From a virus: 64,000 bases of DNA. The stretch is taken from positions 34,056-98,055 of IMG/VR virus record IMGVR_UViG_3300049846_001717. One strand, given 5' to 3'. Positions 49,272-59,591 of this stretch are shown here, piece by piece (the first letter of the stretch is position 1; every line of letters starts with the position of its first letter). The position numbers and the translations under genes were made by a program. Below the pieces are notes generated by a model. That model was given only the letters and a program-made list of their open reading frames with translations. It was not told the origin of the DNA and ran no database searches.

Positions 49272-51332
49272 TTATTCTCCCGTCAAAAGACGATTGAGCG
49301 TGCGGACGATGCCGTTGACCTGGTCCGCCTTCACGAACGCCGCCGACTTGCCGTACATCTGACGGAACCCGGCGTGCGTGGTTTCGTGGTCACTGATGAA
49401 ATACGACAACACGTTGATATCCGCGAGGCGGAACTGGTTCATGAGACGGCGCGTGTGATCCCACGCCGGCTGACCGCTGTACGAATACGACCGACTCTTG
49501 TGGATGAACTGGAACATCGGTTCGCCGTCGGACAGATTGATGAAATACTTCGTCCCCGCGGCCTTGCCCATCGCCAGCAGCTCATCCTTCACCGCCTCAA
49601 AGCACAGGCCTTCCGGCGTGCCACCTGCGACCGAGATATACGGCACGACCGACCGCAACTGATTGAACGTGTGCCGGCGCGAATCGTAGAGAATCGCGAG
49701 GTTCGCCGCTTCGTGATCGGCATCCCGCACCGCGACCACGCAGTTGAGGGTCCGCGTCTTTTCGGCGGCGTAAGCAATCGCCACGGCCACCGCCATCGCG
49801 TTGATGTACTTGTCCCCGTCCATCGATCCCGACAGGTCAACGTCGATCCAGACGGTGCAGGGTTCCTTCCGTTCCACGAACGTATGCGAGAACACCGAGG
49901 ACTGGCCGTAACCGAGGCCGGCGATCAGGCGCTTGTCCAGCCGGCCCGACTGCTGACGGGTGAACGTCAACGGCGATTCGTCCTGCGTCACCGCGATTCG
50001 TGCCGCGAGGATCTGACCCATCCGCATCCCCTGCGACAACGCCTTCACCGAGTCGGGATTCTTGTTCCCGCCACGATAGTTCCGCGTGTAGGAGAACGGG
50101 AACACCTTCGACTGCGCCGTCTTCGCGGACACATCCCGATAGATGATGACCTTCGCCTTGACGTCCTTGGCAATGAAATCGCCGTCAACTTCCTTGATAT
50201 CCGCCTTCGTATCCGAGAGCTGATCGAGCTGCGCCTGGACCTCGGCGGACGCCTTCTTCTTGTCGGTGTCGTGGTTGAGGAACTTGCGCTGCCGATCGAT
50301 GGCCCGGCCGACACGACCGAAATCCATATTGGGCAAATCGCCGATCTGGTTGCCGTCCTTCCCCTCACCCTTGCCCTTCGTCGGCCTGTTCTGGTTCTCG
50401 TAGGTGAGGCTATGCTTGAGCATGATCTCCACGATCTTCACCGCATCCACGAACAACGACGGCAACTGATCCGCGGTCGCGGCGGACGGATTACGGAACG
50501 GGAACATCTTCCACTTCGGGTCCGCATCGCCACGACCCTCCAGGCCCTTCGGCGTGAGGTTGGCGATCTTGCGGATCTCCGCGAGGCCCGGCATGACGGC
50601 GGGATTATAATGCTTATTCGTCATATTGATGACGAACAGCATATAGTTCTCGACGCACAGGGTGTGGAACCGCGGATCCTGCATCGCCTTGTCGATATCG
50701 GCGGAATGCCAATACTTGTCGTACATCGAATCGTAGTAGGGCTGGTAGCCCGGCGCCGACTGGTACATCCAGTAGTCGATGCGACGATCCTCGAGCACGT
50801 TCATCGCCATCTGCACGAGCTCGTACACCGAACCCTTCTCATTGGCACCGAGCGCCGACGCGGCGACCGGCGCGGCCGCCGGCCTCATCGGAATACCGAG
50901 TCGATTCGCGTCCGATTCGATCGACGTCTTGAGCTCCCGCACAAACGCCTCGAAGAGCGCGGACATCTCCGGCAGGAACTTGAACACGTAGTTCGACAGG
51001 AGACAGTGCGCCGCTTCGTGCAGCGCCGTGCCGACGAGCGAGTCCATGCTCGTCGGGTCCGTATCGGCCGAGATCACGATGGTCTTGCCGTCCGTGTAGG
51101 ACTGCTGACCACCCGAGAACACGACCGGATATTCCTGACCCGTAGCGATCTTCACGAACCCGGCGACCGAGCGCTGAATGCTGCGCAGATGCTCGAGGTA
51201 TTCGATGGACCCTTCGCTCACCTTCGACTGCAGGCCGGTGCCCGACTTCCCCATCCAATAGGACGAGTGCGAGGCCTTCACCGCGTCGGCCTTCGCCTTG
51301 AGGCGGGCCGCGATATGGGGGTTGCTATTCAT
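49272..51332 (-). CDS. vWA-domain protein with N-terminal HExxH metallopeptidase-like domain (MoxR partner)
   Basis: ALHEAAH, NVLEDRRID; DLSGSM, GGTPE, LSDGEP MIDAS. Confidence 0.9.
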   Translation of the reverse strand: MNSNPHIAARLKAKADAVKASHSSYWMGKSGTGLQSKVSEGSIEYLEHLRSIQRSVAGFVKIATGQEYPVVFSGGQQSYTDGKTIVISADTDPTSMDSLVGTALHEAAHCLLSNYVFKFLPEMSALFEAFVRELKTSIESDANRLGIPMRPAAAPVAASALGANEKGSVYELVQMAMNVLEDRRIDYWMYQSAPGYQPYYDSMYDKYWHSADIDKAMQDPRFHTLCVENYMLFVINMTNKHYNPAVMPGLAEIRKIANLTPKGLEGRGDADPKWKMFPFRNPSAATADQLPSLFVDAVKIVEIMLKHSLTYENQNRPTKGKGEGKDGNQIGDLPNMDFGRVGRAIDRQRKFLNHDTDKKKASAEVQAQLDQLSDTKADIKEVDGDFIAKDVKAKVIIYRDVSAKTAQSKVFPFSYTRNYRGGNKNPDSVKALSQGMRMGQILAARIAVTQDESPLTFTRQQSGRLDKRLIAGLGYGQSSVFSHTFVERKEPCTVWIDVDLSGSMDGDKYINAMAVAVAIAYAAEKTRTLNCVVAVRDADHEAANLAILYDSRRHTFNQLRSVVPYISVAGGTPEGLCFEAVKDELLAMGKAAGTKYFINLSDGEPMFQFIHKSRSYSYSGQPAWDHTRRLMNQFRLADINVLSYFISDHETTHAGFRQMYGKSAAFVKADQVNGIVRTLNRLLTGE

Positions 51333-51472
51333 ACGGGTAAGTTACCTAGATTTGGGTCAAAAGTCAAGGGGTCACCCGTAAGATGGTGCCCGGCAATCAC
51401 TTACGTTTGTTACAATCGACGGATTTTGGGGTTCGGCCAGTCCAGCACCGAACCCCAACCCCGAAATCCGTA

Positions 51473-52528
51473 TTACGAGAGATCCTCGATCTCCTGCTCG
51501 AGCTCGTCCGCGAGATCCTCATCGTCCATCTGCTCATCCGAGAGGTTCGTCGCGTCACCACCGAGGGCGATGATCTGGTTGATGCGGTCGGCGCGATCGA
51601 GGATCCGCGCCTCGACCTTCGCGAGCACCTTGCGCTTGCGCTCGAGTTCGGCGGTGTTGTCCACCGCCTTCACACCGACACCGTTCGCCAGATCCTGCGG
51701 GGTGTAGACTTCCTTGTGCGGGAGCTTGGCGAAGTCCCCGATCTCCGCGATCGGCGTGACCACGGCGGCGCGACCCTTCTGGTTGTTGTAGTCGGACGGG
51801 ATGCTGACCACGTTCGCCGGGTTGACGAGCATGACGAGCAGGCGGTGCGACCCACGACCCGCCCACGTGCTCGCGTACTCATGCGAGGCGAAATGGAGGC
51901 CGTACGAGCACGTGCGGTCACGGTCATCATCGACCGCGTTGCGCGGCATCGACACCTGCAGTTCGCCGTCCACGATCTGCATCGTGACGTTCCCGGCGGT
52001 CTTGGCGGTCGCGTACTCCGCCTTCTCCGCGTCGGTCATGAGCGACACCGGCTTGTAGAACACGCGACCCGAGTGGATATCGCGGTACGACTCCTGGACC
52101 GACTTGTACGCGACGATGTTGCCGTCGAGATCGATGAGGAACCCGTTGGCGACGCAGAACAGGAGCAGTTCGTTGCGGGCCGCGGCGGACGGGTTCTGCT
52201 CCACCTTCCGGAGAAACTTGAAGATGGGATCCGCCGAGTGACCGGCATCGATCATCGCGAGCACCTTGCTCGTGATCGCCGGGGAATACGGCGTCCCCTT
52301 GAAGGTGATCAGGTCGTTGACGAGAGCGAAATCCTTGTCGGTCGCGAGGAAGTTCCGCACCGAGGTCCGCAGGTCGGACAGCGCCGGGATGGCACCGAAG
52401 TCCTCGTTCTTGAGCGCGTCGAGGATCTTCGCGTAGTTAGGGTGGTCGGTCGGGATGACCGAGAGGACGCCGGCGAGGAACAGGGAAATACCGGCGGGGG
52501 TGATGAGGTACGCGGGCTTGCTGGACAT
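51473..52528 (-). CDS. rIIB: rIIB-like protein
   Basis: DGNIVAYK; MPRNAVDDD..RTCSYGLHF; VNPANVVSIPSDYNNQKGR. Confidence 0.85.
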   Translation of the reverse strand: MSSKPAYLITPAGISLFLAGVLSVIPTDHPNYAKILDALKNEDFGAIPALSDLRTSVRNFLATDKDFALVNDLITFKGTPYSPAITSKVLAMIDAGHSADPIFKFLRKVEQNPSAAARNELLLFCVANGFLIDLDGNIVAYKSVQESYRDIHSGRVFYKPVSLMTDAEKAEYATAKTAGNVTMQIVDGELQVSMPRNAVDDDRDRTCSYGLHFASHEYASTWAGRGSHRLLVMLVNPANVVSIPSDYNNQKGRAAVVTPIAEIGDFAKLPHKEVYTPQDLANGVGVKAVDNTAELERKRKVLAKVEARILDRADRINQIIALGGDATNLSDEQMDDEDLADELEQEIEDLS

Positions 52529-52577
52529 TGTGTTGCTCCGATTGTGGGAAAGAGAATGGAACGGGGTTATCTGAATA

Positions 52578-54803
52578 CTAACGCATCGACGCGATATAGT
52601 CAAGTACCACCTGCCGGTTTCCCGGCACGTTATGGCGGTAGCTATTCGCCCACATGGTTCCGATGAGCTGAAACATGGGAAACTCGTCGATCACGGACCG
52701 ATACGCCTCCGCCATCGTCTGCGGCGGCGTCTTGAGCGTCATCGACTTATGCACCTTCGCCTGATTGGCCGGATCCCGACGCAGGAACCGATTCACCAGT
52801 TCCATCGTCTTGTCCGACTTCGCGGTGTGCGTCCGTTCGCAGACCGTGTGCAGATTCGCGAACAACGGATGCACCTTGCCCAACTGCCAATGCTTGTACG
52901 CCAGCTCATCGAAGTAGATCGCGTCGGCATTGAGCGAGGAATAATAGTAAAACACCGTTTCCCTATTATTCTGCATCCACGATTTCACTTCGGCCTCGAG
53001 CGTGTCCGGCAACGACTTCCACACCGTCGCGTCGAAGTTCGGGATCTCCGCCGACTTGATCCCGTACACGGCCTCCGTGGCACCGAGGATCTTCAGCTGT
53101 CGCGCCAACACGATCATGTCGGTCATGTAGTCGAGACTGATATACCCGTACCGATTGGAGTAGGTGTCCAACGTGAGCGGAACGTAGTAATACATCTTAG
53201 CGCCCGTCGGCACGTTGACGCGAGACTCCCATCGCTGGCTTGCCGTCGAGAACCGATACAACGTGTCCTTGCCGACGCCCCGCAACGACGGCGGCACCTT
53301 GTACCCCGTGAGGGCCGAGGCCTTCACGATGAGATCCGCCGGCATCCCGCCGAAGAAATCCTGAATCTGCGCGTCCGTGATCTTCGTGGACTTGATGATG
53401 ATGGCGTGACCGACCTTGTGCCCGTACCGTGCGGTACGACCGCCCATCGTCTTGTTGACGAGCCGATCGTAGAGCAACGCCTTGGTCGCCGTGACGGTGC
53501 CCTTCGTCAGGTCATCCCGCACCACCACCGTCTCATTGCCCGGCCGCATCGAGATCTTGTCCACCGTCCGCTCGATGATCGCGGACTTGTCGCTGTTCTC
53601 CGTACCGTACACCGTGATCGTCGCCGAGGGGTCCAACGCCTTGAGCGCCTTGAGCGACCGCACCACGCCTTCCGTGTGGTTCACCGTAGACTGCTTCCAC
53701 TGCATCGTCGGCACCACCGACGCCAGGTGCGGGATCTCATTGAACGCCAACATCATCGTGAGCGCCTCCCATTCCGTCGCACACGCCGCGCACGACTTGG
53801 AGACTTCGACTGCCAGCTCCGGCAGTAACGTGGCGATCGCCCGACGAATGGCGTCCACCGTGCGGTCGGTGTATTTCAGATTATCACGCGATGGCACGAT
53901 ATCGACCGACCCGACCGGCAGGAACAGATCGATATGGTTGTACGAGAAGAAATATCGCTTCTCGTAATCGCCGTGATGCACCGCGCGGGGGAACATGGCG
54001 TCCGTCACCTGCACCGTGTACGGCACATTGCCCATGATCACGGTGAGATTGCCGGCGTTCCCGTACGGGTAGTGCGGACGGCGCGGGCGCTCCATCTTCC
54101 GCAGACCCCACCCACCGGCACGAAACTGATACGCGACCGGCTGAATCGGCGTGTGCGTACCTTCGACCGTGAGTGCGATGGGGAAATGCGGCGCGTACTT
54201 ACGCGCGGCCTGATGCACCTTGTCGAGATCGCCACGACGGATGGGGATACGAATGGTGACGCCGGTGTGCGCCATCGTCGGCGTGGACTGCACGTGATCG
54301 AGGCGCGGGACACTATCGGTCCCGATCGCCGCCATGAACAGATGCGACTGTCCATCCTTGCGGGCTTCCACCGTCCACGTTGCACCACCGTTGTAGCAGA
54401 ACGCCGTCTTGGAGCCGAGGCCGAAACCACCAACCTCATCGTTCGATCCGCTCTTGGTGCTCTCACCGTAGGACGTATAGACGTTCCACACGGTTTCCAT
54501 GTCCATGCCGATGCCGAAGTCCTGGAACACCAGCTCCGGTGCCATCGTCGTCGGCAGACTGAGCACCGGCGCCGTGAAGTCCGGCGACTTGACCAGCTGC
54601 TCGATCGTCATCCCACGGACCCGTGCGAGCGCGAGATACGCGTCGTACATATTCGTGAGATATTCTCGCACCATCGCGTCGATAGGATCGGCGTAGAGGC
54701 CGGAGAGCACCGTCATGATATGTGCACCGGCCTTCACCGTGAACGCACGACTGGCCTGCATCCCTGCGGCCGTGACCTTCCGAGCTTCCGTGATGATCTG
54801 CAT
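52578..54803 (-). CDS. rIIA: rIIA-like protein (GHKL ATPase)
   Basis: LY.DPIDAMVREYLTNMYDA; QDFGIGM; YGESTK..SN..VGGFGLGSK; PSRDNL. Confidence 0.88.
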   Translation of the reverse strand: MQIITEARKVTAAGMQASRAFTVKAGAHIMTVLSGLYADPIDAMVREYLTNMYDAYLALARVRGMTIEQLVKSPDFTAPVLSLPTTMAPELVFQDFGIGMDMETVWNVYTSYGESTKSGSNDEVGGFGLGSKTAFCYNGGATWTVEARKDGQSHLFMAAIGTDSVPRLDHVQSTPTMAHTGVTIRIPIRRGDLDKVHQAARKYAPHFPIALTVEGTHTPIQPVAYQFRAGGWGLRKMERPRRPHYPYGNAGNLTVIMGNVPYTVQVTDAMFPRAVHHGDYEKRYFFSYNHIDLFLPVGSVDIVPSRDNLKYTDRTVDAIRRAIATLLPELAVEVSKSCAACATEWEALTMMLAFNEIPHLASVVPTMQWKQSTVNHTEGVVRSLKALKALDPSATITVYGTENSDKSAIIERTVDKISMRPGNETVVVRDDLTKGTVTATKALLYDRLVNKTMGGRTARYGHKVGHAIIIKSTKITDAQIQDFFGGMPADLIVKASALTGYKVPPSLRGVGKDTLYRFSTASQRWESRVNVPTGAKMYYYVPLTLDTYSNRYGYISLDYMTDMIVLARQLKILGATEAVYGIKSAEIPNFDATVWKSLPDTLEAEVKSWMQNNRETVFYYYSSLNADAIYFDELAYKHWQLGKVHPLFANLHTVCERTHTAKSDKTMELVNRFLRRDPANQAKVHKSMTLKTPPQTMAEAYRSVIDEFPMFQLIGTMWANSYRHNVPGNRQVVLDYIASMR

Positions 54804-54893
54804 GAAGTTCCTTGTTGGGGTTATGTCGGAACGTAATCGAATGTAGGGCGGTTGGCAAGCTCAGATTCGTTACAATCGGTGGGGTCTATATTC

Positions 54894-55262
54894 CTATCGG
54901 AACATATCCCATTCCGGTGGATAGATCACATTCGAGAGGCGCGGCTGGAACAATGGCGCGATTTCGGCATCTGTGAACCCCGCGAAACCACACGCGATCC
55001 GTGTGAGGAAGAACGTTCGATCCGGCGTCATCATCGCGACGAACATGAACGTACGCACATGGCGAGCAATGTCCTCGAGCGTCAGGCCCACCCCAGGCTC
55101 AGAGCACGTGGGCAGTGCATAGCTTTCGCCGGATATGCCACGTTCCTGTCCCCAGGTCGCACCACAGTTCTCGAGCGCGAACTTTGCGGCGCCGGCGCCG
55201 TGGATGCCAAGTAGATTGGATCCGAAGACGAAGATTTGACCAGGTTGCCACTGGTGCGTCAT
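54894..55262 (-). CDS. A1S_2505-like phage protein (macro-like fold)
   Basis: IFVFGSNLLGIHGAGAA...SYALPT...TRIACGFAG. Confidence 0.85.
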   Translation of the reverse strand: MTHQWQPGQIFVFGSNLLGIHGAGAAKFALENCGATWGQERGISGESYALPTCSEPGVGLTLEDIARHVRTFMFVAMMTPDRTFFLTRIACGFAGFTDAEIAPLFQPRLSNVIYPPEWDMFR

Positions 55263-55530
55263 GGAAGCTCCTCGATCACGCCGGCGACACGGAACACGAC
55301 CCACTCGCCATTTCGTGGCGGCAGCGGGTTCATCGCGTTCGCCCAATACTTCTGTTGCCGCTGGATCATCTTGGTCATGTAGGTACGATATCTGCGTGCC
55401 GGACCGCTCTTGCTGTAGAGTCGGATCCCGTGCAACGGTCCCGTACGATCACCGTTGGGGTCGAGGTTGTAATAGCCGACGCCGTAAATCGTCATCGTAC
55501 CATTGACGATATCCTTGGTATCGATCTTCA

Positions 55531-56052
55531 TCAGAGCACCTTTTTGATGGACGGAAGGAACGGGACGAACTTCTTGGCTTCGTGCAGCATCATCGTCGCT
55601 TGGATGAATCGATCATCCTTTTTGTGAACGGGGAGGTCCACCATGCGAGCGAACAGGAGACCCCCTCGAGCACGACCCGTGATGTTGACCGCGAGCAGGT
55701 CGAAATCTGTGCGTCGATACGCCTTGTAGAGATCACTCTTGCGAGTCGGACACATATGGAGTGACCCCTTCCCATCACGAAGCGTGAGCGTCTTGATCTC
55801 CATCGTGTAGGTCACGCCGTTGTAGACGAAGGAAACGTCTCCACCGTGACCATCGGCGTTGTCCGGCACTCGGCGAATATCCACGATATCCGGCTGTCGG
55901 TCGAGGTATTCGATGACACGATTCTCGGAAATGTATCCCTGAATCGTGTAATACTGGATGGCGCTACGGATCGCTGATTCGTGCAGTCGATTCAGTTCTC
56001 GGATTGGGATTTCGGGGAACCGAGGGGAGCCGTAGATCTTGTTGAAGTTCAT
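55531..56052 (-). CDS. PD-(D/E)xK endonuclease-like protein
   Basis: QGYISE...GGDVSF...MEIKT...YRRTDFDLLAV. Confidence 0.6.
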   Translation of the reverse strand: MNFNKIYGSPRFPEIPIRELNRLHESAIRSAIQYYTIQGYISENRVIEYLDRQPDIVDIRRVPDNADGHGGDVSFVYNGVTYTMEIKTLTLRDGKGSLHMCPTRKSDLYKAYRRTDFDLLAVNITGRARGGLLFARMVDLPVHKKDDRFIQATMMLHEAKKFVPFLPSIKKVL

Positions 56053-56566
56053 AGACGGAAGGTACTGGGTGGTGTAACGATTGTCAAGTGCTACTTGACG
56101 TTTCGTTACAATCGACGGCGACCATCATTACAGATGAGGATTGTAGTATCGGGCGACGTCACGCGGGAGCACACTCCCAAATTCGTCCTCACGTTCGGTA
56201 TATAGTGCACCGGCACGCTCCACACCGTCCCGTCCCCCGAGCGTATTACGGAATTCGTTGATCAGATTCACCGAATCTTCCAGGTCGGCGATCATACGTT
56301 TGATCTCGTTCCGCTCCCGTCGAAGGGCGCGCAGCATCGCGTTCTTATTCGGCTTTCGCCGATTGACGATGTAGGTCACTTGTTCGACTCCACGATCTTC
56401 TCCGCCCCTTCCTGCAGGGCGAGGCGAACGAGCTCCCGCATGTCGGCGAGATCGATGGGATTGCGACCCGTCTTGAGCTGCATCATGTAATTCTTGACGC
56501 GAGGGGAATCGCAGACGTCTCGCACGATGTAGTCGGGCACGAAATTCTTCATACTGGTGTCTCCGG

Positions 56567-57286
56567 TTATTTGACAAACCCACTGGTGTCACGCTTCGCC
56601 TTGCCCTTCGCCTTGAGTCCGACGATGACGCCGGTATCATCGAGGAATCGCAGGTCCGACTTGTCACCGTCAATGACGGGATGACCGAGGTAGACCTTCG
56701 GCACCTTATGGAATACGGCCGCGACGTTCATCCCATTCTTGAGCGCGGCGATGGCGGCGGGTTCGTTGGACTCCGCGAGGGAGAACGTCAGGTGGTAGTT
56801 CTTCGGAAGATTCCGACGATTCACGATTTTGGTGTAATCGTAAAACTGCACGTCAGGGAACAGCGTCATGAGATTACGAACGGACACGATGCTACCGTCC
56901 TTCATCGTATACTCAATGGGAATCGTCTCCCACCGAATGTCACTGGTCCCGTTCAGTCGGATGGCCGGGGTGAGTCCGTGCTTCGCGGCGAGCTTGACGA
57001 AGTTCGTGATCTCTTTGGCGAGATCAATCATGAACATATCCCGATTTTCGTAAAACATTTTCGTCTTACGAATACGGGCCTTTTGTATCACATTCGTCGT
57101 CTCGCCCGGCTTGAAGATACCGCCACGACCGGCGGTATTGAGACAGGCGGCCGAGCACCCCGCCGTCGCCATGGGACACACATTGTACCCCGACAGACGA
57201 GCCGGCGCAAGGTGGAGAATGGCGGTCAGGTATCCGAACCCCTGGCCCTTCATCGTCTTAGGGTTGCCCGTGGTGAGTAGAGTCAT
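56567..57286 (-). CDS. Gp88-family protein
   Basis: NPKT.K; LAPA...CP.A..GC..ACLNTAGRG; RLNGTSDI.WE; FYDYTK; DGD.SDLRFLD; GLKAKG. Confidence 0.85.
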   Translation of the reverse strand: MTLLTTGNPKTMKGQGFGYLTAILHLAPARLSGYNVCPMATAGCSAACLNTAGRGGIFKPGETTNVIQKARIRKTKMFYENRDMFMIDLAKEITNFVKLAAKHGLTPAIRLNGTSDIRWETIPIEYTMKDGSIVSVRNLMTLFPDVQFYDYTKIVNRRNLPKNYHLTFSLAESNEPAAIAALKNGMNVAAVFHKVPKVYLGHPVIDGDKSDLRFLDDTGVIVGLKAKGKAKRDTSGFVK

Positions 57287-57586
57287 ACACCAAAGATACA
57301 CGAGAACGGGATGGAGTCAAGCGCTCGAGATTTTCGTTACAATCGACGGGTTTTACCGAATATGTGCCCGCTGGACGAGAAACCCGATTACGGATGTCTT
57401 GGTGGACAGCTTGACGATCAGATGACTGTCCTTGCTCGCGACCATACCCAGCGGAGTCGAGATTACCTGATTCGGTGCCACGGGGACGTCGCGGGTGAGC
57501 TTGACAGGCGGAGCGCACCACATCCGACCATCGGATACGTTACGATGCACCGGCCACACGCGCGTCCCCGTGGACACCTTCATCGG

Positions 57587-57826
57587 TTACGCCTCGGCCG
57601 CGACCTTCGCCGGGCGACCACGATGGGTGATCTCGAACATCGCCGGCTTGGCGGTGAGACGGAGATCCGACGCGGGCTCGCCGGCCTTGGCCTGCGGACG
57701 GACGGTGACGAGGCCATCCTTGACGTTCACGACCACGACGCGCGAACCCTTGGAGATGGTCTGGCGGGGGGAAGTGCCGGTGCGGAGCGACTGCGTGGTA
57801 CGAAGGACCTGCTGCGGCTTGAACAT
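57587..57826 (-). CDS. small basic protein with C-terminal AT-hook-like RGRP
   Basis: AGGAG SD; HRGRPAK. Confidence 0.6.
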   Translation of the reverse strand: MFKPQQVLRTTQSLRTGTSPRQTISKGSRVVVVNVKDGLVTVRPQAKAGEPASDLRLTAKPAMFEITHRGRPAKVAAEA

Positions 57827-57942
57827 GCGAACTCCTGAGAAGGAAGGGTGGTTTGGACTACGCCCATAATCTAATACGACCGGCGGAAAAGTCAATAGGG
57901 AATTGTAATTCCAGCTTTTGTTACAATCGACGAGGGACGCTG

Positions 57943-58266
57943 TCAAAGCCGTCCGATCACCATTTCCACGAAATCCTTCGATTCCTTCAAGTTCGCGTTG
58001 TATTCCGTACGAAGACGCCGGATGAGCTCGATCACCGGATAATACCAGTTGCCTCGCTGGAAGAATGACCCACTCGTCATTCCGGGCGTCCGCAACCGAA
58101 TGGCTTCGGCGGCCACGAACGACTCGGCTTCGTCACGATGGGTGGTCAACGACTTAGCCCGTGACGCCGTGAGCCGGCGGAATTCCGCCAACTGCAGTTC
58201 GTAGACCTCGGCCGCGACGTTCTTCGTCGCCAGGATCCAGAGTCGGGTACGTTCGTCAGAGTTCAC
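57943..58266 (-). CDS. hypothetical protein with L7/L12-C-terminal-like motif
   Basis: IELIRRLR...NLKESKDFVE. Confidence 0.55.
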   Translation of the reverse strand: MNSDERTRLWILATKNVAAEVYELQLAEFRRLTASRAKSLTTHRDEAESFVAAEAIRLRTPGMTSGSFFQRGNWYYPVIELIRRLRTEYNANLKESKDFVEMVIGRL

Positions 58267-58643
58267 GCAGACGTCTCCGCGATTCGATGAGTTCGGTGGC
58301 GAGGACCGCCGGCGCGATCAGCGTGATGCTGAAAAAGATGATCTGCTTCCAGCTCGCGGTGCCGGCCCACACCATGAGGGCCAGTGGCGAGGTCGTGAGC
58401 GTGAACATCATGGTGGAGATCACCAGCATCCATGAGATCAGCAGGAAGAACTCCCACACCACGCGCTTCAGCATGATAGATCCTCGAGCATCTGCTCGAG
58501 TTGAGTGTTGAGCTTCATGAGCCGCTTCCGCTGGGCATTCGTCGGTTCATCGGTGGGGGACTTCGCAGAAGTGTACCCCGCCTGATACGACAGTTCAGCG
58601 ATGGCCTGTACGAGGCCCAGAATCTTGTTCGCCGTTGCTCGGG

Positions 58644-58865
58644 TCACGACAGCACCCCCTGTTCCCGCAGGTACGACTCGAACAGCGGGATCATGTCGCG
58701 GGCCGTCTTGGCCTTGAGGCCGGTGATCGACTTGACCTGCGAGAACGCCGAGGCCCCACGACCCTTCATCCCGAGCGCCTCGAGCTTGAGCCGACCCTTG
58801 AGCGAGAGAAGGGCGAAGGCGTTGATCTGGTCCGGCGAAGTGAGGATGATTCCGTTGTCCGACAT
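58644..58865 (-). CDS. hypothetical early protein
   Basis: cassette promoter and CGGAG SD. Confidence 0.7.
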   Translation of the reverse strand: MSDNGIILTSPDQINAFALLSLKGRLKLEALGMKGRGASAFSQVKSITGLKAKTARDMIPLFESYLREQGVLS

Positions 58866-58954
58866 TGTTTAGCTCCGTTGGGGATATGGGAAATATATGG
58901 ATTTCCCATTCGGTGGCAATAGTGGGAAATTTTCGTTACAATCGATGGACTTCG

Positions 58955-59221
58955 TCACACTTCGGTGATCTCGAAGTCCTCGAGCGTGACGTTCTCACGG
59001 ACCCGAAACCAGATGCCGGGGTTGTGATTCATCTCCCTGTATTCGTGAAACATCTTTCCACAGATCGAAATGATACGTCCTTGCGGCGACGGCATTGCCC
59101 GATACTCTTTCGGCACGAGTGTGGAATAGATCCCGATCGTCCAAAACTCGTGCAACGGGTTGTAGGTTTTATACAACACCGTGCCTTTCGTCACGGTGAC
59201 GGTGTATTTCGGCTTTGTCAT
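58955..59221 (-). CDS. dispersed paralog family member 18
   Basis: KYTV...IISICG...FRVRENVTLEDFEI. Confidence 0.75.
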   Translation of the reverse strand: MTKPKYTVTVTKGTVLYKTYNPLHEFWTIGIYSTLVPKEYRAMPSPQGRIISICGKMFHEYREMNHNPGIWFRVRENVTLEDFEITEV

Positions 59222-59499
59222 TTTTCGATGATCTCGAAATCTTCCAATCGAACGTTGTCCCGAACCCGGAACCATCTACCGGTGTGAAAATCCACGAATC
59301 CTGTTTCTCGTCGGTATTCATCGAGGGTCTTTCCACAGACCTGCAGGATTCGGCCGGATGGCTGCAGGATTCGGCCGGATGGCGATCTGGCGGACAATAG
59401 ATCCGGCAGCGTTGCAATCGTCCAAAACCTATACGTGGGATTATACGTCCGATATAGATCGGTACCACAAGTAACGGTAATGGTGTATTTCGGCTTCAT
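59218..59499 (-). CDS. dispersed paralog family member 19 (internal 21-bp duplication)
   Basis: KYTI...ILQVCG...FRVRDNVRLEDFEI. Confidence 0.75.
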   Translation of the reverse strand: MKPKYTITVTCGTDLYRTYNPTYRFWTIATLPDLLSARSPSGRILQPSGRILQVCGKTLDEYRRETGFVDFHTGRWFRVRDNVRLEDFEIIEK

Positions 59500-59591
59500 G
59501 TGAGTAATATACCGTGACCTCGGTCAAAGTCAAGTATTTCGTTACAATCGACGGGTTCGGGGCCTCACAAATCTGCGAGGCCCCTTGCCTT

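Noticed and set aside
49257-51707. 816-aa + strand ORF and other long + strand ORFs (46967-48070, 51383-52666, 52632-53828, 53934-54836)
   Set aside because: Antisense shadows of GC3-rich - strand genes that carry clear motifs; these ORFs have no motifs of their own
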